A DNA stretch of 64,000 nucleotides from positions 42,311 through 106,310 of the forward strand of contig JANXEI010000001.1 in the NCBI GenBank assembly GCA_025058835.1. The letters run 5' to 3'. The stretch comes from Acidilobaceae archaeon. Its GTDB lineage: Archaea; Thermoproteota; Thermoprotei_A; Sulfolobales; Acidilobaceae. The stretch's first letter is position 1. Each line of letters starts with the position of its first letter. The notes beneath the pieces are model-generated. The model ran no database searches. It was given only the letters and a program-made list of their open reading frames with translations, and was not told where the DNA came from. The position numbers were made by a program, and so were the translations under genes. Below, one piece after another: positions 34,501-42,325 of the stretch.

Positions 34501-35045
34501 CTCTCTGAGGAGGTGAAAGCGCGGGTGAAGGTGTTAAGTGACAATTCACACTATGTGATATACAGGGGTAAGGGAGTTTTCACTGCTTGTGTTCCAGAAG
34601 ATCTTAGTAAGTCCATCACTGAGTCCGCTACGACTCATTTAGAGTGCTGGAATGCAGAACAGGCGCATTACTATTCCGCGATCTTAAACTATATGGCCTA
34701 TAAAGTCGTCAGCAAAGGAAGAGAGTTCATAAGGGACCAATACACTAAGCCCTCACTTGCTATAGTCGTCGCCAACCTAACGTGGAAAGACCTACCCCCC
34801 CAGCTAAAGGGCGAAATAGCTATGCTCTCGCACGCGCTATCGAAGAAGCTTACATGGATAGACTACCCCAACCAGAGAAAAGCAATTCTCGAAACAGCTA
34901 AGATGCCCGAGTTCGCTCAAATAATCGAGCTAGTAGATAAACATATAGAGAGTGCAGGCAAACAGAGTAGGTTAGAGGAGGCCCTGGAACTAGTATCAGG
35001 CGTCAAAGAAGAAAATGATGAAGACGACTAAAGCAATTAATTCTA
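31561..35045. other. AT-richer insertion (putative horizontally acquired island) abutting tRNA-Val
   Basis: There is a visible shift to A/T-rich codons (AAA, AAT, ATA, TTA) compared with both flanks. It carries one large defense-type gene. No integrase or att duplication was seen. Confidence 0.5.
31870..35031 (+). CDS. Type IIG-like restriction-modification fusion (PD-(D/E)xK nuclease + gamma-class N6-adenine methyltransferase + C-terminal specificity region)
   Basis: 1053 aa with RFRVDMVIGSKIAFDFKS (D...DxK), YYVITNWSSWRFY, GEYYTPIWLV, motif I VMDPFCGSGTFLV and motif IV VIVTNPPW. The promoter-like sequence ctttatttata lies about 35 nt upstream. Confidence 0.75.
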   Translation: MSSAPHENVRLLVSQAVLNILNGLISKKIRAEGYNARLAVLKKFIESHKGSPESIIMLMPQEVRVGGEERFRVDMVIGSKIAFDFKSSKSEFDAAVDAAKTKYLPHLPRVSYYVITNWSSWRFYRVIRRGDSTDLRLVVEGEKDAAIAELEKVLAREIEELKVPPHPDVIATLYSIDIDESRRGMMSVLNSVLKDRDVAPLFEAYKKVMETLYPQRSPDFVKELYVNHTLMHMMVMASLSAVLNRSGTEIDICSGSALPPGLDVALPYLNWWKIALDKMSKEHQEMIRRIANDIVVKAYMVDWDLDSSEDVFRVLYELLVEPHVRRSIGEYYTPIWLVDRILSEFTLKDKLVMDPFCGSGTFLVRAFHKKVMEGEDADSAYEEVVGFDINPLAVAVARAELVISYVRAMSKEPKTSLRLPSTPPRVYHTDTLAAWFGGGSFALSDPNYSRIVESLEAHISAKVKLEIANKLANIKPKDALSAVSSFEHLLAVGIPIYMRDEDFENKLADHILNGLREDNPIESILREAVLKNSNSFMSNLAALVKRYGDGVWAAVLSSAASLALLNAIRPHVIVTNPPWINMTEYKTGYAGKFWEVLSRKILVNSLKIIPKKASGIVTGSDVAIAALYKALSIARDGVGFVMSRKQAFYSKASVNAGIVATYAVLKSTCADCLVKLIDVDYDAFGHGVYPALVIALKGKEKKVELYVLKVEDGSIPKEYDITKVKPREVKLNMSYEDYMRPAVLWATEDAKSLAKALDVVRVATGDYVRGLFGGEKKSGSELYAGLVVSDLKPANRGFYIRLFNTDKEYMVPSELMRRYGIGIYKIYYRGRINPFKCSTLDVILSSIGEDKLKAFIGEVIRINRKTMTEGDERRLRRLSEEVKARVKVLSDNSHYVIYRGKGVFTACVPEDLSKSITESATTHLECWNAEQAHYYSAILNYMAYKVVSKGREFIRDQYTKPSLAIVVANLTWKDLPPQLKGEIAMLSHALSKKLTWIDYPNQRKAILETAKMPEFAQIIELVDKHIESAGKQSRLEEALELVSGVKEENDEDD

Positions 35046-35421
35046 ACTTTGCGCCTCTCCAGCACGTCCCTGAGCACCTCCCTTAGCACCATCTGCTCGT
35101 CATGACGCTCCTCGGGGCCCAGCCTTGCATATGCTTCACTATTAGAACACAGGTACCCGTCTCCCAACCCTATCGCTAAGGCTCCTAGCTCTCTTGCTGC
35201 AGGACTCGTTGGCCCGCCTAACTTCTTACCTCAGCCTCATCTATACCGTAGTCCTCCCCTCTCCCGACTCGGCCCAGCCTCCCCTCGTGCTCGGCATCCT
35301 CCAGCCTCAGGGCCTTCAGAGCTCCCCAGTCTCGAGCCTCTGCCAGCTCATTAGACCTCTCGCGGAGGGCGGGCTTCTCAAGAACTAACGAGTCCACGAG
35401 CAGGCTGGACGGGCAAGCGTT

Positions 35422-35715
35422 TCAGCAGCCGATCCTTGCACCGGTAAATTCGTCCAGCACGAGCACCTCCTCGAAGTCCTCCTTGAGAGCCTCCTTGATC
35501 TGGGCCACCACAGAGTCTATGAGGGCTCCAGCTATCACCTTCCTGAAGCCGCAGCGGGGGTTCCTGGAGCTGTAGTCTAGGAACACCGCCACCTTCTTCC
35601 CATCCCTCGAGATCCTGAAGCGGGTGACGAGGCCAGAGCTGACTATGTCAATGTCGTAACCCGGCAGGAGGATGCGGGAGAGCTTCCTCTCCACCGCTGC
35701 AGCCTTCGCCTCCAC
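35422..35715 (-). CDS. DUF59 (MIP18/SufT-like) Fe-S assembly-related protein
   Basis: 97 aa with YDIDIVSSGLVTRFRISRDGKKVAVFLDYS, which matches the DUF59 core pattern. Confidence 0.5.
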   Translation of the reverse strand: MEAKAAAVERKLSRILLPGYDIDIVSSGLVTRFRISRDGKKVAVFLDYSSRNPRCGFRKVIAGALIDSVVAQIKEALKEDFEEVLVLDEFTGARIGC

Positions 35716-35777
35716 AGAGCCCCCCGACGATCATCTCCTTCAAAGATTATAACCCTAGTTCTGGTCAAGATATCCGG

Positions 35778-35861
35778 GCGGGGGTGCCCGAGCCTGGCAA
35801 AGGGGGCGGGCTCAAGACCCGTTGGCGTAGGCCGTCGTGGGTTCAAATCCCACCCCCCGCA
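35778..35861 (+). tRNA. tRNA-Leu (anticodon CAA), long variable arm
   Basis: GCGGGGG-TG-CCC-GAGCCTGGCAAA-GGG-G-GCGGG-CTCAAGA-CCCGT-TGGCGTAGGCCGTC-GTGGG-TTCAAAT-CCCAC-CCCCCGC-A. Confidence 0.9.
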
Positions 35862-36403
35862 CTCATGCTGAGCAGCCGGCTCATGTCAGAGGCAAGCATG
35901 TGGGCTAGCCTGAGCGGCTCAGGGACCCTTGCATGAATCTGGAGGCCCTCCACCAGGGACTTCGCCTCCCCCAGCGACAGCCCCCAGGCGTAAACGTAAA
36001 GCTCCCCCCTCGCCGTTAAGGTCCTCTGGGCCTTGTCCACCTCCTTGAGAACCCTCAGCCTGAGCTCCCAGTCCAGCAGGTGCTTCTCCATGGCTGCCCT
36101 CAGCCTCTCGCTCGAGGGCTCGTAGGTGTAAACTGCTACTGTGGGCAGCCCTGTCACCCTCTCCACAGTGGAGGGGGAGATGGGGTTGAAGCCTGCAGAG
36201 GTGAGGGAGTCGAGGAGGAGAGCCTCCCCCCTCCCTAACTGGAGGGCCAGGGCGGCCACGATAGAGGAGGCCTCGAGCCCGTCTATCCTGACGAGGGAGA
36301 ACCTGGCACGCTGAGGCCCTGCGTTCCAGAGGAGGCAGGCTAGGACTGTGAACTGCGCCCCCTTCCTCACCCTCCCGTCGTCACATGCCACCACGCTTGC
36401 CAA
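35843..36403 (-). CDS. DUF99/UPF0215 family protein (endonuclease V-like fold)
   Basis: 186 aa with VVACDDGRV... and VRIDGLEASS matching the GvDDG / vDG.daT pattern of DUF99. Its 3' end overlaps tRNA-Leu on the opposite strand. Confidence 0.5.
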   Translation of the reverse strand: MASVVACDDGRVRKGAQFTVLACLLWNAGPQRARFSLVRIDGLEASSIVAALALQLGRGEALLLDSLTSAGFNPISPSTVERVTGLPTVAVYTYEPSSERLRAAMEKHLLDWELRLRVLKEVDKAQRTLTARGELYVYAWGLSLGEAKSLVEGLQIHARVPEPLRLAHMLASDMSRLLSMSAGGGI

Positions 36404-37616
36404 GGGCTTCCCTTTTCACCTCCTCCACCAGCTCCCCTAAAGCTATGTCCTCCGAGAGCGCCCTGAGGAGGGCAGCTAGGTCTGCGGAGAGCTCCAGCAC
36501 CCTCGTCTTCCCGTACCTCCCCTTGCTGATCACCCTGCCCGAGATCACGCCGAGCATGTCGAGCTCTGCTAGGATGCCGCTCACCCTCCTCAGCGTTACT
36601 GTTTCCAGGCTCAGCCTGCGGGTGAGGGACTTGTACTTTTCGTATACCTCGCCCGTGGTGCTGTGGCTCCTCCCGCCCGCTGTGGTGGAGATGACTGCAA
36701 GCAGCACCAGCTTGCCGTGGAGGGGGAGGGTGCGGATCACCTCCACTACCCTGTCCCTCTCTATCTCCTCCCTAGCCCTCATGACGTGCTCCCTCCTCAC
36801 CCTCTCGCCCCCCTCCCTCTCTGCCATCTCCCCAGCGACCCTGAGGAGGTCGAGAGCTCTCCGGGCATCGCCGTGCTCCCGGGCAGCGAGGGCTGAGCAG
36901 AGGGGGATGACCTCGTCCTCCAGGGCGTTGGGCTGGAAGGCCTCGGCTGCCCTAGCAGAGAGGATGTCCCTCAGCTGCTCTGCGTTGTAAGGGGGGAAGA
37001 CCAGCTCCACCTCGCCCAGGCTGCTCTTCACCCTCGGGTCAAGGCTCTCTATGAAGTCCACGCTGTTCGTGATGCCCACGAGCGAGACCCTCGAGCTCTT
37101 GAGCTCGCTGTTGATGCGAGTAAGCTTGTAGAGCACGTCGTCCCCCCTCCTCTTCACCAGGAAGTCCACCTCGTCCAGCACCACTATGTAGAGGGTGGAG
37201 CTGTCGGCTGCCCTCCTCACTATCCTCCCAAATATCTCGCCCGTGGAGAGCCCTGTGAAGGGCACGCTCACCCCCATCCCCTCGCCTATGTCTGCGAGCA
37301 CCCTGTAGGGCGTGTCCCTGTAGCGGGCGTTCACGTAGATCGCCTTCACCCTCTGGCCGTGCTCCTTTGCCGATGCCTCTAGCCTGGAGAGCACGTACCT
37401 TACTGCCGCCGTCTTCCCCGTGCCTGTCAAGCCGTATATGAAGAGGTTGCTGGGCTTCTCCCCGCGGAGGGAGGGGGCTAGCACTGCGGCTATTCTCCTG
37501 ATCTCCTCCTCTCTATGCGGCAGCGCCTCTGGCACGTAGTCCGGCAGGAGCTTCTCCCTGTTCTTGAATATCCTGGACTTCAGCGCCCTCTTGAATATGT
37601 CCCCCAGCGGGTCCAA
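36381..37616 (-). CDS. cdc6: Orc1/Cdc6 replication initiator
   Basis: 411 aa with LPHREEEIRRIAAVL, Walker A GLTGTGKTA, Walker B VVLDEVD and a C-terminal winged helix. Confidence 0.9.
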   Translation of the reverse strand: MDPLGDIFKRALKSRIFKNREKLLPDYVPEALPHREEEIRRIAAVLAPSLRGEKPSNLFIYGLTGTGKTAAVRYVLSRLEASAKEHGQRVKAIYVNARYRDTPYRVLADIGEGMGVSVPFTGLSTGEIFGRIVRRAADSSTLYIVVLDEVDFLVKRRGDDVLYKLTRINSELKSSRVSLVGITNSVDFIESLDPRVKSSLGEVELVFPPYNAEQLRDILSARAAEAFQPNALEDEVIPLCSALAAREHGDARRALDLLRVAGEMAEREGGERVRREHVMRAREEIERDRVVEVIRTLPLHGKLVLLAVISTTAGGRSHSTTGEVYEKYKSLTRRLSLETVTLRRVSGILAELDMLGVISGRVISKGRYGKTRVLELSADLAALLRALSEDIALGELVEEVKREALGKRGGM

Positions 37617-37630
37617 AAGAAACTATCACC

Positions 37631-37647
37631 CCATAGGAAACTGAGGG
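37631..37647. promoter_or_regulatory. Single ORB-like element upstream of orc1/cdc6
   Basis: ccataggaaactgaggg resembles, from memory, crenarchaeal origin-recognition-box cores (CCA-N-N-GGAAAC followed by a G-run). Only one copy was seen. Confidence 0.3.
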
Positions 37648-37737
37648 CTACAGTGCTAGAGGGAGGTCGCAGGCGATAGGTCTGGGATAACACTGGGAGC
37701 TCATTGCTTTTAACCCCCTGCTCCTCCCCTTTCCTAG

Positions 37738-37837
37738 GGGCCCGTAGCTCAGCCAGGACAGAGCGCCGGCCTTCTAAGCGCTCTGATCCCTGCGCGGGGA
37801 AAGCCGGTGGTCGGGGGTTCAAATCCCCCCGGGCCCG
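37738..37837 (+). tRNA. tRNA-Arg (anticodon TCT) with a ~25-nt canonical-position intron
   Basis: GGGCCCG-TA-GCTC-AGCCAGGACA-GAGC-G-CCGGC-CTTCTA[intron 37777-37801]A-GCCGG-TGGTC-GGGGG-TTCAAAT-CCCCC-CGGGCCC-G. Confidence 0.85.
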
Positions 37838-37898
37838 CTTGCTGGGCTCGAGGTTCTCTCTTATAACCTCTCTTCCACGTTACGGAGGCCGATAGGCT

Positions 37899-38186
37899 AT
37901 GATGCCCCATCCAACTAACGCGGTGCTGGTGGGGAAGAAGAAGACGGCGAGCTATGTCATGGCAGTGCTGAGGATGTTCACCCAGGAGGGGCTGGAGGAG
38001 GTGGTGGTGAAAGCAAGGGGAGCAAACGTGTACAAGGCAGTAGAGGTGGCAACTAGGGTCGTGGGGACCCTCGAGAGCGTAAAGGTGGAGAACGTGAAGG
38101 TGGGGAGCGAGAGGCTGAAGGACAAGAACGGTGCAGTGAGGAGGGTGTCCAGCATAGAGGTCTCCCTCAGGAAGCAGAAATACTAG
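37899..38186 (+). CDS. albA: Chromatin/RNA-binding protein Alba (Sac10b family)
   Basis: 95 aa with NAVLVGKKKTASYVMAVL...VVVKARGANVYKAVEVA... Confidence 0.9.
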   Translation: MMPHPTNAVLVGKKKTASYVMAVLRMFTQEGLEEVVVKARGANVYKAVEVATRVVGTLESVKVENVKVGSERLKDKNGAVRRVSSIEVSLRKQKY

Positions 38187-38956
38187 AGGGCGACCCTCGA
38201 GGAGGAGCCGTCAAAGAGTATAGTTGCGCCGCTTAGGTACTCGGGCGACTTGAGGAGGGAGATGAGGAAGCGGACGAGCTCCTCCTTCCTGCCTGCCCTC
38301 TTGAGGGGGCTGAGGCCCTCCACCTCCTCCTCCCAGACCTTCTGAGGGTCTGCTCCCCTCGCCCTAGCCAGCCTCTCTATGGTCCTCCTAGCCCCAGGCG
38401 TGTCAAAGCTGCCGATCAGCAGCAGGAGAGGCCTGATCTTGCTGGGATACTCCCTCGCTGCTATCCTCACCAGCCTGCTGAGGCCTGCCCTAGCCACATC
38501 TGCCAGCACCAGCGGGGGCATGGGCTCGAGGGTTGTGAAGCTGGAGATCACGACCAGGGAGGCCTTTGCCCTGTTCTTGAGCAGGAGCTCCCTCATGATG
38601 GTGGCGGTGGAGGCAGTGTACAAGGCAAAGGCTTCCATCCAGTCCTCCCACGCGGCCTCGTGGAGCAGGAGGGGCTCCCTGCTGGGGTTGCCGAAGCTGA
38701 GCACCACATACTCTAGCTTGCCGAAGAGCCCAAGGGCCCTCCCCACGAGGGCCTCCGCGTCCTCCTTCCTCCTTAGGTCGCAGGGCATGTACCTTACGTC
38801 CACGCCATACCTCTCCCGCAGCTCCCCCGCAGCCCTTGCCAGCCTCCCCTCCTCGCGAGCGCACGTGAGGAGGTTGCAGCCGAGGGACGCTACTGCCTCT
38901 GCCGCGTAGTAGCCTATCCCGCTGCTCGCCCCCGTAACTAGCCCAGCGCAGGCCAA
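38183..38956 (-). CDS. Short-chain dehydrogenase/reductase (SDR)
   Basis: N-terminal GLVTGASSGIGYY cofactor motif; 257 aa. Confidence 0.7.
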   Translation of the reverse strand: MACAGLVTGASSGIGYYAAEAVASLGCNLLTCAREEGRLARAAGELRERYGVDVRYMPCDLRRKEDAEALVGRALGLFGKLEYVVLSFGNPSREPLLLHEAAWEDWMEAFALYTASTATIMRELLLKNRAKASLVVISSFTTLEPMPPLVLADVARAGLSRLVRIAAREYPSKIRPLLLLIGSFDTPGARRTIERLARARGADPQKVWEEEVEGLSPLKRAGRKEELVRFLISLLKSPEYLSGATILFDGSSSRVAL

Positions 38957-38993
38957 CGCTCTCCCCCTCTGTTATTAACCGTCAAATGCGCAT

Positions 38994-40181
38994 ATGTCTT
39001 GGGCTCATATGAGCTCTGCCCTCTCGGCCATCTCGAAGATAGCCCAGGCGCTCAGGAGGCAAGGCCGCCCGCCGGCTAGGAGCACGCTGAGGCTCGAGGA
39101 CACCTTCCGCTTCCGCGAGCCAATGGAGGACGCGGGCGGCTTCCTAGCTAAGGTCTACGAGTCCTCCAGCAAGCTCCTCCTCCCGAGAAGGTTGAGGAGG
39201 GAGGGCACGGTCATGGCCGTTGGCCTTGACTCCACTACTCGCCGAGTAGAGGCGGGGGCGGCTGACGTTGTGGTCGGGAGCGCAGTTTCCTACTGCTCCC
39301 GCAACGGCCTCAGCTACGAGTGGCCCTCCCTCTCCGCTCCCCCTCCCCCCATCCCTCCCCACCCAGTTTACGTCCTCCTCCCTAACGGCGAGATCTCTGA
39401 GCTCGACGACCCCATCGTCTCCCTCCTCAACCCTGCAGGCGAGAGGTACGACATCGATTACAGCGCTGACCTGGCAGAGGACGAGGTGAGGAGCAGCATG
39501 GAGAGCTGGATGCTGAGCTCCCTCTCCATCCCCGGCTGCGCCGTGCTCCTCGACGGCCCCGTCTACCAGTTCCCTAGGGCCTTCGCGACCGAGTCTGCTC
39601 CTGTGAGGGTGAGGAGGACGCTCCTGGCGCTCCTGAGAAGGAGGTTAGAGGCCATCTCTGCGCTCGAGTCTCGCGGAGTCCCAGTGATCGGGGTGGTGAA
39701 GAGGGTGGAGAGGAGCACCATCCTCAGTAACGCGATGGGCATGGAGCAGTGGGTAGCGAGGAGGGAGGGAGATGCGAGCGTCCTCGAGAGGGCCTTCCTC
39801 TCCTCCGAGCGGGAGCCCGGGAGGGTCTACGTTACCCCCAAGGTGGGGCTCAGCTTCCCCTCCCTCGGCGACCTCTCGCCTCCCCCCAAGCTGATCCAGT
39901 ACGTGGTGGTCCCTGCCGGCAAGTACCAGAGCGACCCACTGCGGATCTACAGGCTAGAGTTCACCTTCACAACTCTGAGGCTGCTCGAGGAGAGGAGGAG
40001 CGACCCCCTCGCCGTCTTCCTCGGCGACAGCCTGCTGCTGGGGAGCCAAGAGCCTGTGTCCATAAGGGCGAGCGACAGGAGGGCCTCGGAGATCGCTGAA
40101 GCTCTAAAGAGGGTCCTCGCTGCAAGCCTCGTGAGGGAGGGAGCTCTCCTCTCCTACTGGGGCTGGAGGGAGGTGACGTGA
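38994..40181 (+). CDS. nurA: NurA-like 5'-3' nuclease
   Basis: 395 aa with MAVGLDSTTRRVE and AVLLDGPVY matching NurA catalytic Asp motifs. It overlaps the start of the HerA-like gene. Confidence 0.55.
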   Translation: MSWAHMSSALSAISKIAQALRRQGRPPARSTLRLEDTFRFREPMEDAGGFLAKVYESSSKLLLPRRLRREGTVMAVGLDSTTRRVEAGAADVVVGSAVSYCSRNGLSYEWPSLSAPPPPIPPHPVYVLLPNGEISELDDPIVSLLNPAGERYDIDYSADLAEDEVRSSMESWMLSSLSIPGCAVLLDGPVYQFPRAFATESAPVRVRRTLLALLRRRLEAISALESRGVPVIGVVKRVERSTILSNAMGMEQWVARREGDASVLERAFLSSEREPGRVYVTPKVGLSFPSLGDLSPPPKLIQYVVVPAGKYQSDPLRIYRLEFTFTTLRLLEERRSDPLAVFLGDSLLLGSQEPVSIRASDRRASEIAEALKRVLAASLVREGALLSYWGWREVT

Positions 40182-42259
40182 TGGAGAGGAGGGAGGAGGT
40201 GGAGAACGTTGGCAGGATGCTCGAGGAGGCGATGAAGAGGGCAGCGCAGCACGGCAAGCTGGTGGGGAGGGTATCTCGGTACTCTGCTGTGATAGTGGGG
40301 AAGGGGGAGGAGGTGGAGATCCTGGTGGAGCCTGAGGTGTACTTCTCCTCCCCCGCAGTGCAGAGGGTGGGAGAGTACCTAGCGGTGGTAGACCCGAAGA
40401 CCAAGAGGCTGGTCCTGCTCAGGATCACTGCCATCGAGAGGGCGGACCAGCTCGCCCTGCTGAACATTAGCATTCCCCCCTCCAGCTTTGACAGCAGCCT
40501 CCAGCCCGCGGGCCTCCTGACCACCACAAAGATCAGGGCGCAGATGGTTGCGGAGGTCGGGATGGAGGGGAACGAGGAGCCCGTGCCAGCTACCCTGAGC
40601 ATAGAGCCCCAGAGCCCCGTCATAGACCCTAGCCCAGAGGTGATCAGGAAGGCCCTGGCCCTCAGCTCCGAGCCCGGCCCCATCATGGGCTCCCTCGCCA
40701 CCCCCTCAGGCCTCCTCAAGGAGGGGAAGATAGAGGTAAGGCTGCCATACAGGGCGCTCCTGCAGCACGTCCTCCTCGTGGGCACTACTGGCAGCGGAAA
40801 GACGACGTTCCTCAAGAACATGGTGGTCTCTGCGATGAGCGAGAAGAGCCCCGCCACCCCCCTCTTCGTCATAGTCGACATGAACCAAGACTTCATACAG
40901 CTGGTGGTGGAGAGCGCTAGGCCTCAAGACCCCGTGGCGCAGGCCGTGTATCAGAAGGCCTCCCCGCCGAAGAACGTCGTGGTCCTCTCACCCGTGCCAG
41001 CCAGTCTCTTGCTCTCCGAGCTGGAGAAGGATAAGGGGGAGATGGCGCTCTTCTCTCGCATTGCGAGCGTTTACTACGAGGACTCCTTGAAGCCCCTCCT
41101 CAAGGCCCCGCTGGCCGGGAAGCCCATATGTTTTAAGAGGGAGGGGGAGAGCATAATGTGCGAGATGAAGGCAAAGGCCTCTGCCGTTTACTTCGTCCCC
41201 TTCTTCATCTCCACGGCCGCCCTCACAGACGACAAGGTGGCCTCCCTAATGCCGGGGCTCACGGAGTGGGGGAGAGAGCTCCTGGAGAAGCTAAGGAGGG
41301 AGTTCAGGAGGTCCCTCAGAACCAGCTACGGACCGCCCCTCCAGGCGCTACTAGCTGCGCTCAGGGCTTACGAAGTGGGGGAGGAGCGGCTGGAGGGTAT
41401 AGCCGCAGACCTTGTGTCCAGGAGGCTCATCGCAAAGACCGAGAGGGTCAGGACGGCCGTCTCAGACATAGTGCTCCCCATAGGTCTCCCCTTCTTCGAG
41501 ATAGTAGAGAAGTGCTACAACGCACTGGAGGAGGCGGAGCCGCACAAGGAGACCCTAAGGGCCCTCTCTAGGAGGCTGACGGCGCTGCTCGACTCTGAGT
41601 TCGTGGACGTCATGATGGCAAGGGAGGATTCGGTAAAGGGCGGCACAATCTCCTTGCTGCCGGAGCCGAGGTGGGAGGACATAGCTCGGGGGGCAGAAGA
41701 GCTGGGGGCGCCGGTAGTCCTGGACCTGAGGTGGCCCGTAGTGAAGGGCATGGAGGGCGCGGAGGAGCCGCGGCTAGCAGCCTATAGAGCCCTCCAGTCG
41801 CTGCTGGAGTGGAAACACTCTCAGTGGGCGAGCAGGCAGGCGGAGAGAGGGGCTAGGGGGGTGGTGGTGATCATAGACGAGGCCCACCAATTCTTCCCGC
41901 AGGAGAGGGGCGCCAGGGAGGAGCAGGAGGCCAGCAGGCAGGTGGCCTCCATGATCTCGAAGGTAGCCAGGCTGGGGAGGGCGAGGGGGATAGGGCTCAT
42001 CTTTAGCACCCACAGCCCAAAGGACCTTCACGACATCATCCTCCAGCTTGCCAACACGAAGGTAGTGCTGAGGGCGGAGCCCCACCACCTGGAGAGGATG
42101 AACGTGCCCCCAGAGGTGGTCCAGAGCGCCCCCTACTTGCCTGACAGGACTGCTGCAGTGGTGAGCCACGTGTTCAGGGGGGGCTACGTCTATGTCAAGA
42201 CCTCCCCTCCGCTCGCGGCCCACTTCGACCTCTCCTACCAGATGTTCAGATCCTCCTGA
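40178..42259 (+). CDS. herA: HerA-family (FtsK/HerA-class) hexameric ATPase/helicase, unusually long
   Basis: 693 aa with an N-terminal HAS-barrel-like region, Walker A VGTTGSGKTT, Walker B VVVIIDEAHQFF and ARGIGLIFSTHSPKDL...NTKVVLR. A large insert lies between Walker A and Walker B. Confidence 0.7.
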   Translation: MMERREEVENVGRMLEEAMKRAAQHGKLVGRVSRYSAVIVGKGEEVEILVEPEVYFSSPAVQRVGEYLAVVDPKTKRLVLLRITAIERADQLALLNISIPPSSFDSSLQPAGLLTTTKIRAQMVAEVGMEGNEEPVPATLSIEPQSPVIDPSPEVIRKALALSSEPGPIMGSLATPSGLLKEGKIEVRLPYRALLQHVLLVGTTGSGKTTFLKNMVVSAMSEKSPATPLFVIVDMNQDFIQLVVESARPQDPVAQAVYQKASPPKNVVVLSPVPASLLLSELEKDKGEMALFSRIASVYYEDSLKPLLKAPLAGKPICFKREGESIMCEMKAKASAVYFVPFFISTAALTDDKVASLMPGLTEWGRELLEKLRREFRRSLRTSYGPPLQALLAALRAYEVGEERLEGIAADLVSRRLIAKTERVRTAVSDIVLPIGLPFFEIVEKCYNALEEAEPHKETLRALSRRLTALLDSEFVDVMMAREDSVKGGTISLLPEPRWEDIARGAEELGAPVVLDLRWPVVKGMEGAEEPRLAAYRALQSLLEWKHSQWASRQAERGARGVVVIIDEAHQFFPQERGAREEQEASRQVASMISKVARLGRARGIGLIFSTHSPKDLHDIILQLANTKVVLRAEPHHLERMNVPPEVVQSAPYLPDRTAAVVSHVFRGGYVYVKTSPPLAAHFDLSYQMFRSS

Positions 42260-42325
42260 AGCCCGAGGGCGTAGCTTGTCAACAAAAAATATATGCTATT
42301 GTGATACTCATTTAGAGGATATGAG

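Noticed and set aside
31486-35110. I searched for a direct repeat of part of tRNA-Val at the far end of the AT-richer segment, which would be the att sites of an integrated element.
   Set aside because: By eye, no stretch of the tRNA sequence recurs near 35030..35110. The mobile-element call is therefore not supported beyond the compositional shift.
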